From Hamiltosporidium tvaerminnensis FI-OER-3-3 (Eukaryota > Fungi > Microsporidia): a stretch of 64,000 nt of DNA. A model generated the notes under the pieces. The model had not been told where the DNA came from. It saw nothing but the letters and a program-made list of their open reading frames with translations, and did not search any database. The stretch is from the NCBI GenBank assembly GCA_022605425.2, contig JAKIMF020000011.1, positions 62,001 through 126,000 of the forward strand, given 5' to 3'. Both the position numbers and the translations under genes were made by a program. Position 1 is the stretch's first letter. Each line of letters begins with the position of its first letter. Shown here piece after piece: positions 1 to 14,200 of this stretch.

Positions 1-3000
1 TAAAGTTTACTAAGTTAATATATATATCATAAAGATGTAAAGATTCATCATTGTATTGTGTTAATATATGCAATTGGTTAAAAAAATGGAAACCTAGAAA
101 AATAGCTGCAGTTTTTGAACCGTGGCCTCTTCTACAGTTATACTCTTACTATCTATGAGATAGAGAGTGACTATTCTTAGTTAACTTATAATCCGGATGC
201 TTGTATATAACAATTTTTGCCATACTAATGTAGAACCCCTAAAATACATGCCACAAATACTGATCGATTTCATTACTTTGATATTTGCTGCTTAGTATAC
301 TTTTTGTTCTACTATCTAAACTGATATGGTTTGTTAAAGGACTATTAAAATTATTTGCATAAGTATAGACATAAATTGAAAGGGTGGTAAACAAATAACT
401 CGTTCGATCTCGTAAAAAGGTCGAATTTACTAAAATGAGTAAATAATTTACTTTTTAAAATGGTTATATATAATCATATCATCCTATATACCTGTTTTAC
501 AGTAACACTAATGCAATAAGCTCGATGACGAAACAATATTGGCTAATGATAGAATGTTTTTAAGTAAGGTATAAAATCAAAGCATTTTTTACATAAAAAG
601 ACTTCAAACACAGTATGTCATCTCGTATTGAGAAACTTAATAGAAATTTTATGTACATATCATTACCTCTTTTTTCTAAAATTTAAAGCTTGCTATGTGG
701 TCTCTATACTCTCCTCCACGCTGTACTTATCACGCATTTTGTACATATCTTTTGAAATGTTTTTTTACTTTTAGAATGAATGTTTCGCCCTAACATTTCA
801 CTAGCTGAAGTTAAAGAGTCTGTTTAAATGAGGCATAGTAACCTGTTTGGATAGTTACTTAAATACTTTTTACATGCTCACGTATATGCAAAAGCTATGA
901 AAGAACACTTACAAAAAAAAAATTTATTATCGAGCAATATTTGATTTTGGAGATAAATGCATTAAGACCTTTATTATTTTAGATAATTTCGCTTTATAAA
1001 CTTAAAAAAAATTGTCTAGGGCAATTTACGATTTATATCAACATATACTTTAAATATGGCCTATATCTTTCATTTTCTAAGTACTAATATATGTAGGAAG
1101 ACTTAATTACAATGCAATTTAATTAATTATGTGATTATAATTTCTTATTAATTTCGGAAAATTAAAGTTTTTTTTTTTTGAACCTAAAAATATTTATTCT
1201 ACATTAAACAGTCAAATACATTTTTAAGCATTTTTTTCACAGCCATTAAACATTTTCTCTATGATTATATAATCTTACTATTCTTATGTATCTAAAATAA
1301 GAAACATTTATTAATTTTTTTTTACTTCTTGAATATTTTATATGTATATAACAAACTTCCTATGTCAAGTTTCTACATATTACCTTGTTATTTACAACAA
1401 ATTTTTCTTTCAAAAATAAAAGTATTCTTTTGATGCGATGTATCAAACGATTTACAACAATTTAATAAAAGATTTGCAAAATAAATCTAGATTAAATTAT
1501 TTCTCGGTTTAAAGACTTTTAAAAATTTTAAAAAATTAAAGCAAAAAATATACAAACGCTGAAATTTAACAAACTGTAAAATTACCTAGAAAAAGTCATA
1601 ATAATATTTACTGACTTATGTTTTTCATTCGTTTTAAAATATTCAACTCATTGGCTTTTGATTTTAATTTATTCCTTACATTTAAACATTTTTATCTCAT
1701 TATTTTTAAATTAATTAAATTTAGTTAGATAAATTCTAAAAGAATATAAAAAGCTGTACTTGAAATTTTAAAAATTCAAAAATAAAATCTCTTTTTATGG
1801 AGTAAGTTCTTTAATTTATTTAAAAGTAATAAAACATTTGTTTGGTATCAATTATCGTTTTTTTCTTAGGAACTAATTTAGTTTGATTTTTTCTGGCTTG
1901 CTATTTTAAAACACAATACAATATATTATGCTATGATAATTTATTTACTGGATTAATAGCAAAAATACTTTCGTTTTATTTACGACTGAAATATATATTA
2001 CACTTCCTTGCAATAAAGTAAGACTTCGTAGAATATTAATTTTGTACTATTTTCTATCTAATTTTTGAAAATCTTTTATATATTAATCATAAAATAATTT
2101 ATAATTTACTTTCTTAATATATACTCTACTAGAAACGTATTACATATATATAAATTAAAAAATACTTACTTGTACTATAAAGATTAATTATATTTTTTTT
2201 TCGTCGAAATTTTAGCCTATGTTTATAACAAATGAAATAATATTTTAAAAAAAGAGCGGAATCCAATTTAAGACTTAGGATATACATAGGTTTCAATTAA
2301 ATTTTGTTATAATTTACAAAATATACTAACATATAAAGTCCTAGAGTTTGAACCAAAAAATATGGGTGAAGCAAATTTAAAAGAAGATATTATTTTTAAT
2401 TAGAAGTGCCTGAATAACAAAAGATATACTTAATACAACTAGGAAGAGTGGAAATTTATTTTAAAAAATATACAAACATTTTCTATAAAAAGCATTCACT
2501 AGGTAATACACTAATTTAAAATTTTTTTCTATTAAAGTTTTCTTGCATATCATTAACCCTATTCAAATATCTCCTACTTAAAAACTTAACCTACATTTCT
2601 TCTTCTTCTGCAAATAATTCTTAGAATCTAAAAAAATTCTGAGATTACATAGCTATGATATTTTAAATATATCATCAAAGCATCTACGATTCCAATTTGA
2701 AACATTTGATTTTCGCACTTTGTTGCAACAAACACTATAAATGTAGCAAACATATCAAAAGTTATATATATTTCTACTTCATCTGACACAAAAAATATTT
2801 TTTCAAAGATATTGTAGTTGTACATATAAACTTTCAAAAAAACAACACAAGAGCTTTTCATTTGTTCTAATTTAAACAAAAATATAAATTTTCAAATTGT
2901 TCTGGATTTTAGCCAAGATAGAAACTTTTAATGTCTACGGTTCATATACACTCAAAATTGTTCATGAACATCAGAATATTCTTCACAGATCTTAAATATA

Positions 3001-3455
3001 GCAGATTAAATAAACAATAGACATTAAATCCCTTACTGCCTCTTGTGCTTCTTTCACTTCTCCCGCCTCAAAATACTAGAAATTTTGTTCAAATAGAAGG
3101 AAAGGATACAATTAAATTCAAAACCTTTTCTTTTTAAAAATTATTTCAAGAATACGGAAATCTGGAATCAATTTATAGCAACCAACCCTTGATTCATAAA
3201 CTTTCAGGGCGTTGTGCCAAATATCCAAAAGCCTCATAATGTTACCTAATTGTCATATATCTATCTATAACCGGAAGCAATTTCTAAAAGAAATTCATTT
3301 TTTTGCAATTCCTTGGGATGAAGAGAAAAGTTGTGAACATTAAATATACTCAACCTTGGCGCCATTTCACTCATTTCGTTTATTCATATTCATATTGTTT
3401 GATACCTTTCCTCATCTCAATTTTTCTAGAGGAAAAAATATTTTGATTTCAGAAC

Positions 3456-3467
3456 ATAAGGGTAGAA
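3456..3467. other. Conserved motif ATAAGGGTAGAA, identical at 22439-22450 and 57130-57141
   Basis: The 12-mer is identical in three otherwise strongly diverged copies; its function is unknown. Confidence 0.7.
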
Positions 3468-6400
3468 ATTAAAAAAAATTTATAACAAAGAAAATTGTTA
3501 AGACGTAAAACTTTATTAAATTTAATGCTACTGCTAATCTATTTATATTTTATAAGTAGTACGGATTGTTTGAATTTCTACAATATATTTTTTTGTTTTT
3601 AGAATTAAACACTGTAGTATTATTGAAACATCATTTTAGTAGGTTTGCTTTAAATAGATATAGAATTCTTCAATTTAATAATTAAGCTTCTTCAATAAAG
3701 ATTTGTATGTTAAATCAATTTATTCTTTATATTATAGGATTTCTATCTTTTAATACATCAATTTATTTCTAAAACACACGAAAAACTTCCAACGAAATGT
3801 ATAATATATTTAAAATACCTTTTACTAAGATTTAAATCATATATATTTAAAATTATGTAATTTTAGTCTGATGAGGAATTTAAATTGATTTTAAAGAGTT
3901 TTTCATTTATAACGTTCTAATAAATATTTCGGAATATAAATAAAAACATATTTTGAATAATTAAAGGCAAAGAAAAATTATTCTGACATTTTTTTTTATA
4001 TTAAATAGAAATTTGATTAGAAAAAATTGTTTATTCGCAGATATTTGATTATGATTTTGATCTTTAAAACTATTTAAGTTTCATCAAATAAAAACATTTT
4101 TTACCCATATTCTTTAAATTATCTTTCTAATTATTTTCTTTAAATTATGTAAATAATCTTTTCTATAGAATTTAGTTAGTAAAAATCTTGAATTATATAT
4201 TTAATGATTTAATTTCTGCCAATAAAGCATTATAAAAATTAATTAAGTTCATTTGCAGTATTTTCATTAAAAAAAATATTAATCCTTTTAAAACAAACTC
4301 AAATGTTATATATTATTTCAAGCATCAAAAAACGTCTAGTTTTTACATAGAATTTTACTTATCAGTTCTTATGTACCTCTTTCGAACTTAATTATCCTAG
4401 ACTTCTATACAAAGTGAATTAGAATAAATTCAATAAGCTTGTAAAGCTTTCTATATAGTTTGAATCTATTGCATCGAGTATGAGTAAGGTCGAATCCCGC
4501 TTTTTCAGTCAATATTTACGCTCTATTCCTGCTTATTCTACAATTATAGAGCCCGAAAGGCTTTCGCTAAAATATAACTTAGGGGCTTAAAGGAGAACCA
4601 TATAGACAAGTAGTGTCTTTTAACACGAGTAACTTATAATCGATTTCCTAGTTCAAATGTTTGCGTTAATCTATCTCATATCAGCAAGTTTTTAATCAAG
4701 ATTAGCAAAGCTAGGTTTTGTAATTTTACTTAGCAATGAACTATATATTTTACGCAGTCACAATTTATTGTATAAAAAATTATAGACTTAGTAATAAACA
4801 CGCGCGAACCGTTGGCCAACATTCTTTCTACAAACTTAATGAATCACCCGAAAACGTAAAGGTATTTTCTCATTCGAAATCTATATAAAGATTTCATACA
4901 AAGGATAAATTGATCATTTGCTAGCTAATTGTTTTAAACGTAGCTATCTCATCTTCATTTTTTCGAAAATTTTAAAACCTTTTTATATGTAAAATTATAG
5001 TTTCGTTTCGAAATTACCCGAAATAGTGCAAAATTTTGTGTTTCTTGTAATCTATATGATTGTAAAAAATTGTTTTAAATTCTCAAAAAAAATAATTGTG
5101 CTAATTTGTACCAAAATAGAGAAGAACCACTAACTACTTTTCTTCATGTGCAATTTTAGAATTGCCTAAAACAATTTATTTACAATTCAACTATATTTTT
5201 TTTTAAAAAAAAGGCTTGAAATTTTTAAAAATAGAGAACAAATATTCTATTTTTGCCTATTTGATAAATAAGATAAAAATTGGTATTATTTCAATTTTAG
5301 ACTATTTTTTTTGCAATATTGTATGGCCTTAAAGTCTCCAAAATTCGATAATTTTAGGTTAATCCTTATTAAGCATAATTTCTAAATAGTATATTATACT
5401 ATTAAAGCCAAAATATCAGCTATTATAGATACTGAACCATTTTCTATGCCGATTTTTACCAAGTTCTGGATTATATTTGTGCGACTCTCTGGAAGCCACT
5501 GTCTTTAAAATTTATACTTTCAAAACTATTTCCTAATTTTGATTTTATCATTTATTAGAATTTTAGGAGTAATTGAATGATTTAACCTTGGCATTTCATA
5601 CTAGTGAACCTTTTATGTGTATCGCAAAATATATGTAAAATCCTAATATTTAATTATTCTTTAAATTACTATGTATGCTATTAACTAATATATATACTCT
5701 GAAAATATTCTAACAAAATCTTAATATGAATAGATGCTCTCGAAAGCCTTTTATTGTATAAAAAATTATTTAAATTAACGTAATTTCAAATTTTTAAACT
5801 GAAAAAATATCAGAAACAAAAACGTATATATATCAAAAGATGAAAACTAATAGCGCATAAAATATATTATTATGCCTAGTTTTGTAAATTTTGCATTTAA
5901 TGGCATTTCGAAATATCTTCTAGTTTAATAAGAATTTATATATCTTTAATTTTAGAACTTAATCTAATTACTGACTTGATTGGCTAAGGACCTAAATATT
6001 ATGTTAATTTGTAAAATATTATATAAAATCTTTGTCAAATTTAGCATCTATTTATATCTTTTTTAAATACTACCTTATGCTTTTTTAAAGATTTTATACA
6101 GTTTGACAATATATATTTTTTTTTTCGATATTTACTTAAAAAATAAGCCGCAAATCTCATTCGCTAATATCCAATACTGCATATTAAGCGAAATAAAAAA
6201 AATAATTTGTTGCTTTGATTTTAAATTTATCTTTTTCTTGTTTTTCACGATTGTACTTTATATTTTTCATTTTAGGATGGATTAAATAAATTACAATAAG
6301 ATATACTTTGTTGAGATCCAGCTACTACATAAATATACTCTGAATTTAGATAATTATAATTTTGAATTCTTTATATTTATTTCGAAGAACTTAAGACTAA

Positions 6401-9196
6401 TTTTAAAACAAATGGACATAATACACTAGAGCTTAAGAATCATTTTTAATCCTGCAATTTCAAGATCATTTTAGACTTATATATACTATAACTAGAAATA
6501 TATTATAAGAAATTTTTTTACCATTAATTTATATAGTCTTAAAAAATTAGACCTATGAACACAAATGATAAACAGATTTGGGATTTGAATGAAATATGGA
6601 TCATCAAAGCGAGAGATTTGGGCAATCAAAAAAGCCATAGAGAAAACCTACTTTAATAAAATTATATTTTTTAAAAGAAAGAATGTAACAAAAAAACTGT
6701 TCAAAAATATTTTAATATATTTTTTATAAGTCGAATCAAGGATTTCTAGATTAGATATTGACTATATTTAATCTAATAACTACCACGTCAAAAGACAATC
6801 TACATGTTTGAAAGTTTTTCTTTATGATACTTAAAAATCATTTTTGTTAAAAATATCTTAAGATCTTCTATTGATTTAATAACAAATTTTTATTTTAGTC
6901 TAAATACAAAAAATAATTTGCAAATATTTTGATTTTAAAAGACTCTGAAAATTATACATTAACAAATCAAAATTTAATGATATTTTTTTTTTGTATGTAC
7001 AGTATTCACGAATTACTAAGATATATTTCTATTCAAGTGCATAACCTTTAATAATCTATCAAAAAAACCATTAGTTTGGGTCGTAATGAGAAACATATGA
7101 TATGTACTTGTTGTATTCTTTTTAACCATAAACTTTAAAAAAATAGATCTTCTTTCACAAATACAAATTAGATTTAATAACTTAAACACAAATAGAAAGA
7201 GATGATATATCATAAAGTATGATTCAACGCATTTTTGGTTCGTAAATCGCTGTATCTGTCGTTCTCGTTATTCTCCGCAACAAACAAAAAGCTTTTAAAT
7301 TTTTTTTTCTCTTAAATCTAGTTTGTAACAACAAATATCGTATTTTGAAATTAAATAAATTCAAAGTGTCTTTTTTTAATCGAGTATTGTAATCTTTGCA
7401 CAAATATCACATTTGTACTTCATTTCATATCATTTACAAAATTACAAAATAATTTAACATTGTATCTGCTTATTAAAAAAAATCTTGGATTGAGAAAATA
7501 AATGCAAAGCAAACTGATTTCATTTAATATTTCAGTAGCCAAACAACTAATTTTTTTCACTGTATCTTTTAATCTACATCTTTTGTAAACAGAATTTTTG
7601 AATCAAACATAGGGAATAACCTCTGTAAAAGAAATTCAAAAAACCATTGAGAAATATATATCATTCTAATATATTAATCGAAAATTAAGAATTATGTTTT
7701 GACTAATTGTCGATTTTTTTTGGATTTATATTTAGTTTTTATTTTTTTGAAATCTTATTATCTGCTTAAAGAGAAATATATTATAGAATTACATTAAATA
7801 ACAAATAATCGTACATTTGCTTGTTCATTTTTTAGAAGTACATAAATCTTCTGTTTTTTTTAATTAGTTTATTTAAAATTTTGAAAGATTTATTTCTTAG
7901 TATTTTACGTCGAAATTCCGTTTTCATTTACTTTCCTCGCAGAATTGATTATGAATGATGACTTTGCCGTTAGAAGCCTTTTGAGGTGTTTATAACTGCA
8001 AATGTGACAAGAAATTGAAATTATCACATTTTGATTTAAAGTCGATTTTTATTGTTTATACTTTTAATTAACAAACGGCTTTGTTTGAGTGTTTTGAGAC
8101 AAATTTAGAAATATAAAAATTAGCATCTTTTAATTCAAAGTGCATAAATAAGGGTTATATGTAATGATTTGAACAGTAAAAAGCCCATTTAAAGATATAC
8201 AATTCTTGTTCAAATTTTTTCTATAATTGTCTTTTTCTTCGAAACATATAATATCGTTTTTTGAGGTAAATTTTTAAAAAATATACATGCCTCTTAATAA
8301 TATCTGTTGATTTACCACTACAACTTGTATACTATTTCTAAAAAGTAGAAGACCTTCTCTTAAAAATTTAATATTTATACAGTGATAATGTTTTGTGGTT
8401 GTAACGCACAAAAAAGAAGTTAAATATTTATTATATAAATTGGATAGTTAATTATTTTGACTTTTAATTCTAAAATTTTGAATTTAATATCGAATAAATG
8501 TTTGATTATTAGATAATATATATTTTTCAAAGAAAAAACATATAATGGAGTTAAATTTATTTTAAAAGTAATAGAAATCTAGCATGATGGTATAAAATTA
8601 ATTTAAAAACACGTAACTCTTAAAATATGATTTTTTGCAAATATATTACACAATTTGTATATAATGTGAACATCGAAGATTTAGGCAAGTCAAATTATTA
8701 ATACGGATCTGGATAAATTTTAACATTTTATGACCAGAATTTTAAATTTCAATTTTATTATTGTGAATTAAATTACTTTAAAAAAAAGACGATTTTTGTA
8801 AGATTAAACCCTTAAAATAGGTTAAACTTGAGATTAACAATTATAAAATTTTAAAATATATAAAATGAAGTTATATGTAGATAAAAAAATAAAAAATTTG
8901 AACACAAATATCTTACATCTTATTTCTCATCATTACCTTTCTAGTAACAAAAAAATCAATATACTTTATTTTAGAGATTATCTCTTCACTATATTACAAT
9001 TTTTTAAAATCAAACTATATTATGTCTTTTATTATACAGTTTTAAAGAGTTACTTTTGTTTTTTTCTTTTTATATCCTTAATGTTGTAATTAATACGAGA
9101 AAACTTAGTAATTTCATGCTATTAGCTTTATAGGTTATATTTTTGCTCTAAAAATATATCCATAATTTTAAAATCTCGTAATCTTTATTTTCTAAA

Positions 9197-9350
9197 ATAT
9201 ATCATTTATCAATATCTTAAGTTTGAAACGAATTTTCCCTTATTTTAAGGTTGGTCAGAATTTTTTTGATTTTTAATTTTTAAATTTGATTGCAAAATAA
9301 AAAATCGGAAATTTTGTCCATTAACACCTGATATTGCTCAATGCTATATA
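9197..9350. repeat. Decayed inverted repeat, homologous to 28149-28326 and 62872-63027
   Basis: Partial arm pairing: CAATATC with GATATTG, and ACGAATTTTCC with GGAAATTTTGT. The spacer contains TTTAAATTTGATT, as in the other two copies. Confidence 0.5.
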
Positions 9351-11249
9351 GCGAAAGAAAGCAAAGTATAAAAAATAATTTGATATAAGCGCAAATTATA
9401 TACTAAAAAAAGCTCTCAGTTGTTGTATGCAAATGATATTTTGTAATGGATGGAAACCGTGTTATGATGTAGAAATATCCATGAATTAACTTTATCATAG
9501 TTTGCCTAGAATATAACCTACTACTCTTTTTTATTTGGTTAGCATTCTGTATCATAAACTATTTGACATGTTTAATTTTTCCAACTACAAAAAAATTATT
9601 CTGAAGAGATGATTTGAACAAGTTTTCATAAAGAAGGTTCTTTTTATAAAAAACGAATATATTTAAGGTTATTTATAAATCAGAGATTAATAAATTTGAT
9701 TGGATTTGTGGGTAATTGTATTATGGTAAAGTTAACTATTTTCTACTTGCTAATTCTATAGTGGAAGGGGATAACCACAATATAAACCTAATATTTGAAA
9801 ATAATTTATGAAGTGATTTGTGAACTTATAGTCTTATTTTTTATTGGAATAGAACATCACTACATTTTATGCTGTTTCTTTTGAGATTTTAAGAGGGTGA
9901 GTCGGTCTAGAAATAGATTTTGTTTTACAAATCTATTATGTTGTTTTATATAGAACCAGATTATAGACCGCTCTTAAACTTGTAGGTAATTTCGATGCGA
10001 AACATAGAATTCTAGCTTGTCACATTCGGGTAGAAGACTTGGCGCAAGAAAAATATAAAAGTAAACAACAATTTTTGAGTTAGTAAAACCATACATAAGA
10101 TTTACTGTTGGTATGACATTGCCTATATATGTTGACCTCGGCTACTTTGCTAAAATATATCTTACTTGTAACTTTGTGATACGGAAATTGTAGAGTAATT
10201 TTGAATAGAGAAACTGCTGGGGAAGCTTAGTATGGGGTTCGGTCGTTCGATTAAATCCTGCAACGAATATTAAGGAACTCTATTAAATTGCCTTCCTATA
10301 TAATTTCGTTCTACGCGTTTGTAGAAAGGGTTCTGAATGCAGTTATCATAAGTGTATTGATAGTGTAAGGAGGTAGTCGGTCACATATGTAAAATTTAAA
10401 ACTCCGTGAATGTATGAAACCCCCGTAACACATGTCTTTTTATTTTAACAGGTGACGTTGTTCTATATATTAAGTCATGTATCGTTTTTTAAAGCTTTTA
10501 TATATTTTTTTAATCGAGCTATTCCCTTTTATAAATTAATTTCATTTTTTTATTTATTTTATATTGTATCTATTATATATTTTTTAAGCGATGTATATTT
10601 ATTATTAAATTAGTTTAGTTCTATAATTTATTCCGATTTAAAAAGATTTTATTTTTTTATTTATCATGGATTTATTATGTCGTTATTTAATTCAAAGCTT
10701 TTCGCAATACACTTTTTTTTCGGAATTTGAATATAAAAGCTTTCTCTAATATGGTGATCAAAATTCATTTCTGTTCGACTCTTCATATCTCCCTTTTATT
10801 TAAATAACAGTCAGCCTATACCAAGATATTTTTTTTTAACTTCATATTTATATTACATTTAATTTTTTTACTTTTTAAATGAATACTACAATTTTAAATG
10901 ACTGTGAAAAGTTATGCAAATCTTTAAAAATGAAAATTGCATTTTTATTTTATTCATTGCACAATAGTTATTTGTAAAATATAAAATTAAGATTTTCAAT
11001 TAATTAATAGTACGTAGAATACTTCGTATTTTGGCTAAATACTTATTTTACAAATATAGTACTTTGGTAGGTTTATATATTCCTTCTTTTTCGATTTATT
11101 TGCCTATTATTTTGTTTTAAGTCATATATATTGTTCTAAATTGAATCTTATCGCATATTAGTAGTAGAATTTTAATATTTCTTACACAGTTAAGATAATG
11201 TATTTTTTCTTATTATATACTTTTAAAGTTTGAATATTTTTAATGGTGC

Positions 11250-14200
11250 TTATAATATAATACATATATTTTTATATCCTCTAAATAGGTTTTTTAGATC
11301 ACTAGTGTAGGTTTTTTAGTTATTTTGTTATTTATATTATGATCTACAAAACTTTAGGCTCTATATCGATCAAAACATTTTTAGTTCATTATTTATGCCT
11401 AATATGAATTTAGTAAGTAGTATTTGATGTTGATATATAATATTGATCTTTAAAATAAAAAATTAGACTTTCTTAATTGTAGTTGTCGTTTTTTTCTTCG
11501 TTAAATTTTTTTATGTTCAAAATTTTAGTTTTTTAAATATTTTTGTTATGTTTTTTAAGTTTAGAATTTTAATTATATCAAGTTTATTTTACTTAAATTT
11601 ATGTTAGTTGTATTTTTATTTACTTTTTTTCTAATTTGTTTACATTTTTCTCAGATAATTCATTTATTATTCATTTGCTAAGTTAATTAGTCCTCTATTC
11701 AAGCAGTTTTCTTCATATAAAACAATTCTGGAGCTTTTAATCTGTAATTTTCAGAATAAAGTATGATTTTATCATATTTTAATTAAATTTCGTTAATTTT
11801 ATAGCAATTTTATATTCATTAATCTTAAAATTCTGTGTTTTATTGTAAATGGTTGTTTTGGAAAATATGAATAAGTAGTATTACTTCTTATATGATTTTT
11901 GAGTGTTAAGTCTAATAAGCTTATAAAATTTACCATAATTGGAAGTTTTGGAGTGTAAGGTCTTAGCTGTTTTTTTAATGTTAGATTATACCTTTGGACT
12001 ATCTAAACCTAACTAATTATCTAAAAATAATATTTTTTTATCTTGGTCATTATACGTTGTGTTTGACCTAAATATGGCCGTATTAAATTTTGTAAAATTG
12101 TTTCCAAAAGCTATAAATACATTTAGTAAAACAATGATCATATAGGTTATTCATACATAGCTTTGAATTTCTATTTAATCTCATATTAGTTTCTTCTCCT
12201 AAAATTGAGCAAACTGCTTTGTATTATATATGTATTGCTTCTTGGTTTAAAAAGAATATAGAGCTAAGTAAAAGAAAGATATAGATATGAAAAAGAATTT
12301 AAATTTCATGTATAATACGTTCTAGAGAATTTATTAGAAATGTAATACCATTTATTTTGTTGAAATAATATGCTATTCTTTAGATCTATACAGACATTAA
12401 TTTATTTTTACTAAATCATACAATCTATATTCGAGAGTCTTGATATTTGATTCATCTTTAAATATTCATACAAAAATTTCGTTTTAAACTATTAACTCAT
12501 ATTTGACTAATTTAAAACATAAATTGTTACATTTTTAAAGATATTCTTTAGTTTTCCATTATTTTATATTTTTACTGGACATATATAGTAGTTTACTCTA
12601 ATTATCTAGAAAATTAAATTTAAATAAATTGTATAGTATATTAAAATGTCTCGGACTGATAACTCTGTTCTTATTATACTACTTAAACATTAGACCTAAA
12701 TTTCAATATCTGTTTTTACATTTATTATTCGTTAATTTGAATGCTCTTGAATTATCTACCTAGTTAGAATACAATTTCTACAACTATTTTTTAAATGGTT
12801 TGGATATCTGCTATTTGGGTTTTTTTGATCTTTAACTTTCACTGTACCAATACAGATTCACACAAAAAAACAATTCAACTAAAAAATAATTTAGATAATA
12901 TTTTAATTTAGTATGAAAATAGGATGAATCTTTAATAAATATATAGTTTGCTATAAACTTAATTTTATACCACATTTTTAAATATATATTTTTTTATAGC
13001 TTTACAGCTACGAACAACTCTTTATATAATAAAGAAACACCTATACTAATCTGAATTAGAAGATATTGATAACATTTTTATATCTAGATATATTTATAAG
13101 AGGGTATTAAATGTGAAGATTAAAAAAAACATATTTTTTTATCAAATCGGTTCTGTATTATAAATCAAAAAATAAAATTTCGATGAGTTTGTTTGTCGAT
13201 TTATAGCTAATTATATTGAAATTATAATTTGTATACTTAAAATTTAAAAATAAAAACAATTGAATATTAAAAATCACTAAAACTATAAGTGAGCTTCAAT
13301 TCTAAATGTTGTGGCATCTTTTACAAGTAAATTAGTACTTTTTCATTTTGAAACTTCTGATTCTTCCTTATATGAATAAAGATTAAACTAATTTAGAGGA
13401 ATAGAACTTCTGCCACAACCAACTGATATATTTTTACTAGAATATTTGCACCTGTAATATATTATCTCAAACTATCCAAGCGGATTCGGATTATGGAATG
13501 GTATATCTAAGGTTATTTACACTTACCTTGTTCAAAGTGTAGTCACCAAGAACTCATCTGATCTTGTTTGAAGTCAAAATTAACTAAATAATTTAATGAA
13601 TTCACTCATAATATATTGGTACATAAATACACTATATCATTAACTGGAATTACAATAACGCGAAGGCAAAGAGCTCAATTATGAGACGCCTTAGTCTGTT
13701 TGAAAAGATTCGAGGTAAAGTTGTATATTATAAAGAAAAAGATAAATTAATATAATGAAATTTATAAGTTATAATTTTAAAAATTAATAGATTTTATTTG
13801 CTCTACATCACAAAACACTACTCTTGTATATTTGCTCTAAATATTTCTTTTAAACGTTAAACAAATTCATTTTTCCTTCGTGATATATGAGTGAAGTGTA
13901 GGCTCTATGATTGAATTGTTTTCTTCTTGATAAAATGTGTTCTTCTTATTATAGAAATCTTCGTAAATGATTTGAGCTATTAACGTTGAATAAGCCGTTT
14001 GGACTCAATACAAATTTTGTATTATATATTATCTTATATCATTTTTTGTATTGTGTTAGAAGATTAAACATATTTTATATTTTGTAAAAATTAAAAGGCA
14101 ATGCTGTTTCGAGCAAATATTTAGAATAAATATTTTTTTTAGTACTTGTTGCGTTAAAGAATTCCAAACTCATAAGTCTATATACTTCTTTTTGTTAAAA

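Larger units (their letters stand above)
1..10450 (-). pseudogene. Copy I of the long decayed element (partial module A, ~1.3-kb insert at ~900-2170, then module B); runs off the window start
   Basis: Collinear anchors with copy VI at a nearly constant offset of ~53.6-53.7 kb: ATAAGGGTAGAA 3456/57130, GATCTTTAAAAC 4059/57666, AAAATATATCTTA ~10152/~63833. Bases 380-460 match 52420-52480 (CGTTCGATxTCGTAAAAAG). Protein-like minus-strand frames are broken by stops and frameshifts; supplied ORFs 2628-2879 and 7016-7213 are fragments of it. Confidence 0.75.

Noticed and set aside
2905-2945. Minus-strand VDIKSFY resembling a reverse-transcriptase motif A
   Set aside because: It is not conserved in copies III and VI, and I saw no downstream YxDD.
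4540-4620. CGAAAG-G-CTTTCG mini-palindrome and CATATAGAC/CAGAGAC words suggesting a group I intron core
   Set aside because: The palindrome is absent from the homologous positions in copies III and VI, and no P3/P7 pairing could be built.
9745-9790. Plus-strand ANSIVEGDNH (and AKAMVE.DNH at ~63435-63465) resembling Mononegavirales L motif C (AMVQGDNQ)
   Set aside because: Both Q positions differ. Motifs A and B are not found at the expected spacing, and the GGL upstream in copy VI is too close and absent in copy I. This frame is the shadow of the better-supported minus frame. It is worth rechecking only if the consensus hits an L protein.
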